NCBI GenBank assembly: GCA_937911175.1
Contig: CALDSE010000028.1
Location: forward strand, 16,930 to 80,929
Reading direction: 5' to 3'
Length of the DNA: 64,000 nucleotides
DNA from: an uncultured Sediminibacterium sp.
GTDB lineage: Bacteria > Bacteroidota > Bacteroidia > Chitinophagales > Chitinophagaceae
Every line of letters starts with the position of its first letter. The first letter of the stretch is position 1. This document shows, one piece after another, positions 8,138 through 15,544 of this stretch. A model generated the notes under the pieces. That model saw only the letters and a program-made list of their open reading frames with translations, had not been told where the DNA came from and made no database searches. Both the position numbers and the translations under genes were made by a program.

Positions 8138-9952
8138 ATGAAAAGGATAATTTTTACTTACAGCTTGACTGTCATTTTACTTATTTCAAGTGTACCATTG
8201 TTTGCACAAACCAAGGTAGACAAACGTTTTGTAGGTATTGAGGCTGAAATCAATAAAATTCTAAAAGACAATCATGCCGCGGGCGTGGCGGTGGCAGTGG
8301 TAGAAAAAAACAAAGTTATTTTTGCCAAAGGATTTGGCTATCGTGATGTAGAAAATAAATTACCTGTAACTGCGAATACACAATTTGCCATTGGTTCTTG
8401 TACCAAGGCATTTACCGCTTCCGTATTAGGAATTTTACAAAAAGAAAAATCGATTGATTTTGATAAGCCTGTTACTACCTACTTACCCGATTTAAAATTT
8501 TATACCAGTGATTTAACCAATCATATTACACTTCGTGATATGATGAGTCATCGTACTGGGCTTCCTAGACATGATTTGTCTTGGTATATAGCACCTGATA
8601 CTAGAGATAATTTAGTAAAGCGTATTCAATATATGGAGCCATCTGCTGAACTAAGACAAACATGGCAGTATAATAATTTTATGTATTTATTACAAGGTGT
8701 GGTGGGTGAAAAATTAACAGGAAAATCTTGGGAGTCAAATGTGGAGTCTAAAATATTTGCAAGAATTGGAATGAACAACTCTAATTTCTCTGTAAAAGAT
8801 TTAGCGAACTATAAAGAACCAGCTTTAGGCTATAATGTGATTAAGGATTCTGTGATACATAAAACACCTTATTATGATATTGCAGGCATGGGCCCTGCTG
8901 GAAGTATTAATAGTACGGTGATGGATATGTCTCAGTGGTTAAAGGTTTGGATCAATGGAGGCAAATTAGATACGGTGGAAATTATTCCAGCTTCTTATAT
9001 TACAGAAGCTATAAGTTCACAAATGATAATGGCGCCAGGTACACCTACTACTGAAAAGCCAGACATTCAATTTAGCAATTATGGTTTTGCTTGGATGATG
9101 GCTTCTTATAAAGGACATTATAGAGTAGAGCATGGAGGAAATATTGATGGCTTTAGTGCAAGTACTAGTTTTTTCCCCTCAGATAGTATTGGTATTGTTG
9201 TTTTAGTGAATCAAAATGGATCTAGTGTTCCTTCAGCTGTCAGAAATACGATTACAGACAGAGTTTTAGGATTAAAATATTTTGACTGGAACGCCGATAT
9301 GTTAAAAGCAAAAGCAAAGGCGAAAGAAAAAGCCAAAGAAGCAGAGAAAGCAACTACGAGCAATCAAGTAAGTAATACCAAGCCTTCACATACTTTAGCT
9401 GATTATGCAGGGGTATATTCTAATGATGCTTATGGAAAATTTGAAATTATTCAAAAAGGAGATTCTTTGTTTGCAAAATTAAAAAACCAAAATTGGTGGA
9501 TGGAACAATTTCATTATGATATATTCAGGCCTTATGATACCGAAGAAGGCATTGATACCACCGATAAAAGTCCTGTTCGTTTTCAATTTAATACAGGTTT
9601 AAAAGGAGATATCGAATCGGCTTCTTTATTTAATTTTGAACCGGCTATTCCTGCGCCTATTAAATTCAAAAGATCCAATGCAGCGAAGGAAATTACTACA
9701 GCCGATTTAAAAAAGTATGTAGGTACTTTTTCTTTAGCGGGGGCGGACATCAAAACATATTTAAAAGAAAATATTTTATATGTTTCTGTGCCAGGCCAAC
9801 CTGAATACGAATTAGTGCCTGTGGGTAATCATAAATTTGATTTCAAAAAAGTCGCAGGCTATGCGGTTAACTTTGAACTGAATGATAAAGAGGAAATATT
9901 ATCCTTAACCTTTGTGCAACCTAATGGTAATTTTAAGGCTGCTAAAAAATAA
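8138..9952 (+). CDS. serine hydrolase, beta-lactamase (S12) family with C-terminal DUF3471-like domain
   Basis: Has a signal peptide, the SxxK motif SCTKAF, a YNN (YxN) motif and an HGG block. The lysine/alanine-rich linker is followed by an extra C-terminal beta domain. Confidence 0.8.
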   Translation: MKRIIFTYSLTVILLISSVPLFAQTKVDKRFVGIEAEINKILKDNHAAGVAVAVVEKNKVIFAKGFGYRDVENKLPVTANTQFAIGSCTKAFTASVLGILQKEKSIDFDKPVTTYLPDLKFYTSDLTNHITLRDMMSHRTGLPRHDLSWYIAPDTRDNLVKRIQYMEPSAELRQTWQYNNFMYLLQGVVGEKLTGKSWESNVESKIFARIGMNNSNFSVKDLANYKEPALGYNVIKDSVIHKTPYYDIAGMGPAGSINSTVMDMSQWLKVWINGGKLDTVEIIPASYITEAISSQMIMAPGTPTTEKPDIQFSNYGFAWMMASYKGHYRVEHGGNIDGFSASTSFFPSDSIGIVVLVNQNGSSVPSAVRNTITDRVLGLKYFDWNADMLKAKAKAKEKAKEAEKATTSNQVSNTKPSHTLADYAGVYSNDAYGKFEIIQKGDSLFAKLKNQNWWMEQFHYDIFRPYDTEEGIDTTDKSPVRFQFNTGLKGDIESASLFNFEPAIPAPIKFKRSNAAKEITTADLKKYVGTFSLAGADIKTYLKENILYVSVPGQPEYELVPVGNHKFDFKKVAGYAVNFELNDKEEILSLTFVQPNGNFKAAKK

Positions 9953-9980
9953 CTAGCATCTAGAAATTATTTATAGATAT

Positions 9981-10014
9981 AAAAAAGGTCCCTCCATTTC
10001 GAGGGACCTTTTTT
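9981..10014. terminator. bidirectional intrinsic terminator
   Basis: Stem GGTCCCTC / GAGGGACC (9987-9994 / 10001-10008) with loop CATTTC. Flanked by A6 upstream and T6 downstream, between convergent genes. Confidence 0.8.
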
Positions 10015-10074
10015 GTAGAAAGCTAAATGCTATTCAATTTATATCTATACAATGTATAATGAATGCCATTTATT

Positions 10075-11391
10075 TTAAATTTTAGGAAGGCTGTATCCGT
10101 TATGATAAGCCTTTGTAAAATATTCTTTATTAATTGCATCATCGGTAAATAAATTTTTACTTTCATCCCAGTTCACTTTTTGTCCAGAACGATAAGCGAT
10201 ATTGCCCATTTGTGCAATGGTGGCAATATGTGCTCCTTCTTCAATAGGGCAATGTAAACTGCCTGGTGTATTATTTCTAATGGCATCAATAAAGTTTAAC
10301 CAATGTAAGTTCACGCCGTTATCCTCACTTTTATGAAGTGCAATAGCTACTTTATTTTTTGCTTGTCTTTCTTCAATCACTTCCCAGCCACTTCTATCTA
10401 AAATAAGTGTTCCGTTATTTCCAATAAAAGCAATACCATGATCACGACCATAAGAACCGTTGTCAATGCCCATTGCAGAATCCCAGACTAAATTAAATTT
10501 ATCAAATTCATATAGCGTAGTTAAAGTATCGGGCGTTTCTTCAGCCAATTCTGGATAAGCGAATTTTCCTCCAAGTGCACTTACACTTATTGGATTGCCT
10601 GCCTTCATACCTTGAATAGCATAGTCTAATAAATGCACACCCCAGTCGGTCATCAGTCCTCCAGCATAATCCCAGAACCATCTAAAATGAAAATGGAATC
10701 TACTTGCATTAAAATCACGCATGGGTGCGGGTCCTATCCAAGTTTTATAGTCCACTCCTGCAGGCACGGCAGTATTAGGCACCACAGGTTGAGGACGCAT
10801 CCAACCTTGATAACACCAAACCTTAGCGGTACGAATATTACCTAGTTGTCCTGAATGCACAATATCTAATGCATCTCTAAAATGTTTTTGACTTCTTTGC
10901 CATTGACCTACTTGCACGATTCGGTTGTATCTGTTTTTAGCAGCAATCATGGTTTTACATTCTCCAATAGAATTTCCTGCTGGTTTTTCTACGTATACAT
11001 GTTTGCCTGCAGCGCAAGCGTCAATCATTTGTAGTGCATGCCAATGATCGGGCGTACCTATAATGACAATATCAATATCTTTTCTTTCTAACATTTTTCT
11101 GTAATCACTATAGGTATCTATTTTTTGAACACCTGGTTGCTTTACTAATAATTCAGCCTTTCTTTTATTTAAAACCGATTCATCAATATCACATAAGGCC
11201 ACTACTTCCACATTTTTGACAGAAAGCGCACCAAGGGTATTGGCCCATCCCATTCCATTGACACCAATGGTGGCAACTCTTAAAGTATCGGTATTAAATA
11301 TACTGCTGCTCGCAAATAAATTGGAACTCATCAATGCTCCAGAACTTAATGCTGCATTTTTTAAAAAAATACGTCGGCTGTTCATATGCAA
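10075..11391 (-). CDS. Gfo/Idh/MocA family oxidoreductase, Tat-exported
   Basis: Twin-arginine signal NSRRIFLKNAALSSGALMSS. Rossmann N-terminus RVATIGVNGMGW and the VYVEKP motif. Confidence 0.85.
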   Translation of the reverse strand: MHMNSRRIFLKNAALSSGALMSSNLFASSSIFNTDTLRVATIGVNGMGWANTLGALSVKNVEVVALCDIDESVLNKRKAELLVKQPGVQKIDTYSDYRKMLERKDIDIVIIGTPDHWHALQMIDACAAGKHVYVEKPAGNSIGECKTMIAAKNRYNRIVQVGQWQRSQKHFRDALDIVHSGQLGNIRTAKVWCYQGWMRPQPVVPNTAVPAGVDYKTWIGPAPMRDFNASRFHFHFRWFWDYAGGLMTDWGVHLLDYAIQGMKAGNPISVSALGGKFAYPELAEETPDTLTTLYEFDKFNLVWDSAMGIDNGSYGRDHGIAFIGNNGTLILDRSGWEVIEERQAKNKVAIALHKSEDNGVNLHWLNFIDAIRNNTPGSLHCPIEEGAHIATIAQMGNIAYRSGQKVNWDESKNLFTDDAINKEYFTKAYHNGYSLPKI

Positions 11392-11537
11392 ATCGTTTAA
11401 GGTAAAAAAATAAGGGCTCTGTTAAATATAATTATTTTTTCATTCTATACTTATATATAATAGCCCTTTAAATACCCATTGTATATACTCAATAATATAA
11501 AAGTCTATAAAAATAGTAGACTTATGATAATTTTATG

Positions 11538-11545
11538 TATATTTG
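11538..11545 (+). promoter_or_regulatory. Bacteroidota -7 promoter box TATATTTG (consensus TAnnTTTG)
   Basis: Exact match to TAnnTTTG, ending 6 nt before the first base of the tRNA-like gene. Confidence 0.55.
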
Positions 11546-11550
11546 CCCAT

Positions 11551-11621
11551 AGTCATGTGGCCGAGTGGCGAGGCAAGGGCCAGCAAAACCCTTAACGATG
11601 GTTCGATCCCATCTATGACGA
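11551..11621 (+). tRNA. tRNA-like gene, closest to tRNA-Cys(GCA) but non-canonical
   Basis: Hand-folded cloverleaf. Acceptor AGTCATG/TATGACG has 6 pairs plus an A1.G72 mismatch. D arm is GCC-GAGTGGCGA-GGC. Anticodon arm is AGGGC-CAGCAAA-ACCCT, with GCA at 34-36 but A instead of U at 33 and a C31.A39 mismatch; alternatively it forms a 5-bp AAGGG/CCCTT stem with a 9-nt loop. Variable loop is TAAC. T arm GATGG-TTCGATC-CCATC is perfect. Discriminator is A and no CCA is encoded. Confidence 0.5.
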
Positions 11622-11655
11622 CTTTCTGGTTTTATAGCAAGCAATCGTTAAATCC

Positions 11656-11683
11656 GGGCGGTGTGTCTACACTGCCCTTTTTT
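11656..11683 (+). terminator. intrinsic terminator of the tRNA-like transcript
   Basis: Stem GGGCGGTG / CACTGCCC (one G.U pair), loop TGTCTA, followed by T6. Confidence 0.8.
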
Positions 11684-11707
11684 AAGAATTAAGTGTAAAT
11701 TGTAACT

Positions 11708-12694
11708 ATGAAAACAATTCGTTGGGGTATGATTGGTTGTGGTTCTGTTACAGAAGTGAAAAGCGGACCTGCTTTTAACAAAGCACCTCATTCGAAATTA
11801 ATAGCCGTGATGCGCAGAGACGCTGAAAAAGTAAAACAGTATGCCCAGAGACATCAAGTACCTTATTATTTTACAGACGCAAGTGAACTTATTAATCATC
11901 CTGAAGTAGACGCAGTCTATATTGCCACGCCTCCTAAATTTCACGAAGCCTATGCCATCGCTGCTATGCAAGCAGGCAAACCTGTTTATGTTGAAAAGCC
12001 CATGGGGCTTGATGTGGCAGCCTGTGAGCGTATGGGCGCCTATTCAAAACAAACAGGTGTCCCACTAGTGATTGCGCATTATAGAAGAGCGCTTCCCTTA
12101 TTTCTAGAAGTAAAAAAATTAATAGATACTAAAGCTATTGGAGATATTATTAGTGTTCGTATTGAAATGTTAAAATATGATAGCGGCCTTTTAGATCCTG
12201 TTGAAAATTGGAGAATTGATCCAAGTTTATCAGGAGGAGGCTATTTTTATGATTTAGCACCGCATCAATTAGATCTTGTATTTTATTTTTTTGGCAAAGC
12301 AAAATCGTATAAAGGAAAAGCTTTTAATAAAGCAAATTTATATAAAGCAGAAGATACTGTAAACGGCGAAATAGAATTAGAGAATGGTATACAATTTAAA
12401 GGCAATTGGTGTTTTTGTGTTGACAAAGGAGAAGAGACAGATATTTTTGAAATTACAGGTAGTAAAGGAAAAATTTCTTTTCCTGTTTTTGGACATAGCA
12501 TTACATTAACCACTGGTGACAAAGAAGAGCAAATACATTTCGAACCTCCTAAACATAATCAACAAAATTTTATTGAAAAAATAGTTAACTATTTTAATGA
12601 CATAGGTGAAAACCCTTGCTCCCCTGAAGATGCACTGCAGTCGATGCGTGTGATGGAAGCCTTTGTATATGGGTCTAATGATTCGAAATTATGA
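11708..12694 (+). CDS. Gfo/Idh/MocA family oxidoreductase (cytoplasmic)
   Basis: N-terminal Rossmann IRWGMIGCGSV and the VYVEKP motif. No signal peptide. Confidence 0.85.
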   Translation: MKTIRWGMIGCGSVTEVKSGPAFNKAPHSKLIAVMRRDAEKVKQYAQRHQVPYYFTDASELINHPEVDAVYIATPPKFHEAYAIAAMQAGKPVYVEKPMGLDVAACERMGAYSKQTGVPLVIAHYRRALPLFLEVKKLIDTKAIGDIISVRIEMLKYDSGLLDPVENWRIDPSLSGGGYFYDLAPHQLDLVFYFFGKAKSYKGKAFNKANLYKAEDTVNGEIELENGIQFKGNWCFCVDKGEETDIFEITGSKGKISFPVFGHSITLTTGDKEEQIHFEPPKHNQQNFIEKIVNYFNDIGENPCSPEDALQSMRVMEAFVYGSNDSKL

Positions 12695-12769
12695 ATTTAA
12701 ATAAAGCAACTATAGTAGCGTTCTCATTATACTAACACTAATATAATTATTCTAATTAATATAAAAGTT

Positions 12770-13105
12770 ATGACAAGATATTGTTTGGCACTAGATTTAA
12801 AAGAGGACCCTACATTAATAGCAGCTTATGAGGACTACCATGCATCGGTATGGCCAGAAATTATTGCTTCCATTAAAGAAGCAGGCATAAAAGCATTAGA
12901 AATTTATAGAGTAGCGAATCGTTTATTTATGATTATTGAAGCCGGCGATGATTTTAGCTTTGAAAAAAAAGCAGCCATGGATGCTAAAAATGAAATGGTG
13001 ATGCAATGGGAAAAATTAATGTGGCAATACCAGCAAGCCCTGCCTACAGCCAAGCCTGGAGAGAAATGGGTACTTATGCATAAAATATTTAGTTTACCAA
13101 ATTAG
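12770..13105 (+). CDS. rhaM: L-rhamnose mutarotase family protein (RhaM/DUF718-like)
   Basis: 111 aa. YCLALDLKEDPTLIAAYEDYHASVWPEI and ...WEKLMWQYQ match the RhaM-family pattern as I recall it. Confidence 0.7.
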   Translation: MTRYCLALDLKEDPTLIAAYEDYHASVWPEIIASIKEAGIKALEIYRVANRLFMIIEAGDDFSFEKKAAMDAKNEMVMQWEKLMWQYQQALPTAKPGEKWVLMHKIFSLPN

Positions 13106-13892
13106 AAAAGCAAAACTGTTCTATAAAAATGATGAAGGCCATTGCTAAAACAAAATAGCCGAATCCTTTTTTAAGCTTAGCGCCATCCATTTTTTTATTT
13201 AAATAATTACCCGTTATAATACCTAGGGTTGCAAGTAAAATAATTTTAGATAAAAAACTCCAATCAACAGCGGTAGACAAAAGGTCTCCGGTAAAACCTA
13301 CCAATGATTTTATACTTATAATAACTAAGGAAGTAGCAATGGCTTTTTTCATAGGAAGCTTTGCTAGTATTACCAGCGCTGGTATAATTAAAAAGCCTCC
13401 ACCGGCCCCTACAATGCCTGTTAGTAAACCTTCCGCTAAACCTACCAGCATGAGTGTAAAACCATACACAGGCAAAATGCCTTTTTCTTCTTCTTTATTT
13501 TTCCCCAATATCATGGATAATGCAGCAATTAACATAAGTGTTGCAAAGAACAACATAATGAAATGATTTTTGGTAACCAAGATAACTGGCCCATCATAGA
13601 TTAGTTCTGGTATAGCAGGCAATAAAAATTTTCTTGAACTGAAAACACCAATGATAGAGGGGATGCCAAAAATGAAAATGGTTTTAAAGTCAACCAATTT
13701 TTGTTTTAATCTTGAAATAACGCCTGCAATACTACTTAGCCCCACGATGGCTAATGAATAGGTGGTGGCAAGCAAAGGAGCTACATGGAAAAAGTACACT
13801 AATAAGGGTACGGTTAGAATAGAACCCCCACTTCCAATAAGGCCTAAGGAAACCCCAATAAGTATTGATGCCAAATATCCAACGAGCTCCAT
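13089..13892 (-). CDS. TauE/SafE family sulfite/anion exporter
   Basis: Polytopic membrane protein with duplicated GSGGSILTVPLL / GAGGGFLIIPAL motifs. Its 3' end overlaps the convergent rhaM-like gene by 17 nt. Confidence 0.8.
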   Translation of the reverse strand: MELVGYLASILIGVSLGLIGSGGSILTVPLLVYFFHVAPLLATTYSLAIVGLSSIAGVISRLKQKLVDFKTIFIFGIPSIIGVFSSRKFLLPAIPELIYDGPVILVTKNHFIMLFFATLMLIAALSMILGKNKEEEKGILPVYGFTLMLVGLAEGLLTGIVGAGGGFLIIPALVILAKLPMKKAIATSLVIISIKSLVGFTGDLLSTAVDWSFLSKIILLATLGIITGNYLNKKMDGAKLKKGFGYFVLAMAFIIFIEQFCFSNLVN

Positions 13893-13982
13893 GCATTTAA
13901 TTTTAGGTAAAACTCCTTAAAAGGATTTACAATTTAAGTACCTTTTGTCACTTAGGCGGAATTAATATTTTCTACACTAAAA

Positions 13983-13996
13983 GTGATTTTTATCAC
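13983..13996. promoter_or_regulatory. candidate CRP/FNR-type operator GTGA-N6-TCAC
   Basis: Palindrome GTGATTTTTATCAC in the TauE / MBL-rhodanese divergent intergenic region. It sits about 55 nt upstream of ATG 14051 and about 10 nt upstream of a TAATTTTA near -7 box. Functional assignment is speculative. Confidence 0.3.
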
Positions 13997-14050
13997 CGTA
14001 TTATCTAATTTTATGTAGCAACTTTGAGCTCAAATTCAAAACCATCATTT

Positions 14051-15475
14051 ATGAAACTAGAACAAATATATACAGGCTGTTTAGCGCAAGGTGCTTATTA
14101 TATAATGAGTGAAGGAGAAGTGGCCATTATTGATCCACTAAGAGAAGTAGAGCCTTATATTCAAAAAGCTGCTTTAGACAAAGCCAAAATAAAATATGTT
14201 TTAGAGACCCACTTTCATGCCGATTTTGTTTCAGGACATTTAGACCTTGCAAAAAAAACTGGCGCTACTATTGTATATGGCCCCAACGCTGCGCCTTCTT
14301 TTGATTTTCATAGTGCGAAGGATGGTGAAGAAATTAAATTGGGTAAACTTACTATTAAGGTTTTACATACACCGGGTCATACCATGGAAAGCACTTGTTA
14401 TTTATTAATCGATGAAGGGGGTAAGCAAGTGGCTTTATTTAGTGGAGATACTTTATTTATTGGAGATGTGGGCAGACCCGATTTAGCACAAAAAATAAAA
14501 TCCGATTTAACACAAGAAATTTTAGCGGGTTATTTATATGATTCTTTAAGAAATAAAATAATGACTTTATCCGATGATATTGTTATTTATCCTGCACATG
14601 GAGCAGGTAGTGCTTGTGGTAAAAAAATGAGTAAAGAAACACAGGACACCTTGGGTAATCAAAAGCAAACGAATTATGCATTAGCGGCTGACATGACTAA
14701 GGAAGAATTTGTAACAGCCGTATTAGATGGCTTAGTAGCGCCTCCAGGTTATTTTCCATTAAATGTAATGATGAATATTCAAGGCTATGATAGTATTGAT
14801 AAAGTTTTAGAGAGAGGACAGCATGCAATGAGTCCTGCTGCCTTTGAAACAGCGGCTAATGAAACGGGCGCCCTTATATTAGACACAAGAGACCCTCAAA
14901 CATTTGCAAAAGGCTTTATTCCAAATTCAATTAATATTGGCATTGATGGAAGTTTTGCTCCTTGGGTAGGCGCCATGATACCCGATATCAAACAAGAAAT
15001 TTTATTAGTGGCAGATAAAGGAAGAGAAGCAGAAGTAATTACTAGATTAGCGCGTGTAGGGTATGACTATACCATTGGATTTTTAGAAAATGGATTTGAA
15101 GCCTGGGAAAAATCGGGCAAAGAAATAGATCATATTATTTCTTTGGATGCAGCAGCGATAGCTAGCTTAAAAGTCAAAGACAGCAGTATAAAAATTGTAG
15201 ATGTGCGTAAAGCCTCTGAATATAGTAGCGAACATATTGTAGGTGTGCAAAATGCACCCTTAGATTTTATCAATGATAGTATGGCGGCTATTGATAAAAA
15301 TCAAACTTATTATGTGCATTGCCAAGGTGGGTATAGGTCTATGATTTTTATTTCTATTTTAAAAGCCCGTGGCTTTGATCATTTAATTGATATTAAAGGA
15401 GGCTATAAGGAATTAAAGGAGTCCGGACAATTTAAAACCACCGACTACTCCATACCGAAGACGCTTCTTTTATAA
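14051..15475 (+). CDS. CstB-like persulfide dioxygenase (MBL fold) fused to two rhodanese domains
   Basis: MBL metal motif HFHADFVSGH plus HTPGHT. Two C-terminal rhodanese-like domains, the last with active-site loop HCQGGYRS. The ORF track starts at TTG 14024; ATG 14051 (MKLEQIYTG...) is more plausible. Confidence 0.8.
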   Translation: MKLEQIYTGCLAQGAYYIMSEGEVAIIDPLREVEPYIQKAALDKAKIKYVLETHFHADFVSGHLDLAKKTGATIVYGPNAAPSFDFHSAKDGEEIKLGKLTIKVLHTPGHTMESTCYLLIDEGGKQVALFSGDTLFIGDVGRPDLAQKIKSDLTQEILAGYLYDSLRNKIMTLSDDIVIYPAHGAGSACGKKMSKETQDTLGNQKQTNYALAADMTKEEFVTAVLDGLVAPPGYFPLNVMMNIQGYDSIDKVLERGQHAMSPAAFETAANETGALILDTRDPQTFAKGFIPNSINIGIDGSFAPWVGAMIPDIKQEILLVADKGREAEVITRLARVGYDYTIGFLENGFEAWEKSGKEIDHIISLDAAAIASLKVKDSSIKIVDVRKASEYSSEHIVGVQNAPLDFINDSMAAIDKNQTYYVHCQGGYRSMIFISILKARGFDHLIDIKGGYKELKESGQFKTTDYSIPKTLLL

Positions 15476-15477
15476 GG

Positions 15478-15504
15478 CCTTACTGCATTTTGCAAGGGTT
15501 TTTT
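15478..15504 (+). terminator. probable intrinsic terminator
   Basis: Bulged hairpin CCTT(AC)TGCA-TTT-TGCAAGG followed by GTTTTTT. Confidence 0.5.
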
Positions 15505-15544
15505 CTTAATTTAAAGGATCATTGAGTCCATTAAATTAACTGCT

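Noticed and set aside
11392-11707. tRNA-like gene as an integration site of a mobile element
   Set aside because: I saw no integrase, no direct repeat of the tRNA 3' half and no foreign-looking genes on either side. Both flanks are ordinary Gfo/Idh/MocA oxidoreductase genes.
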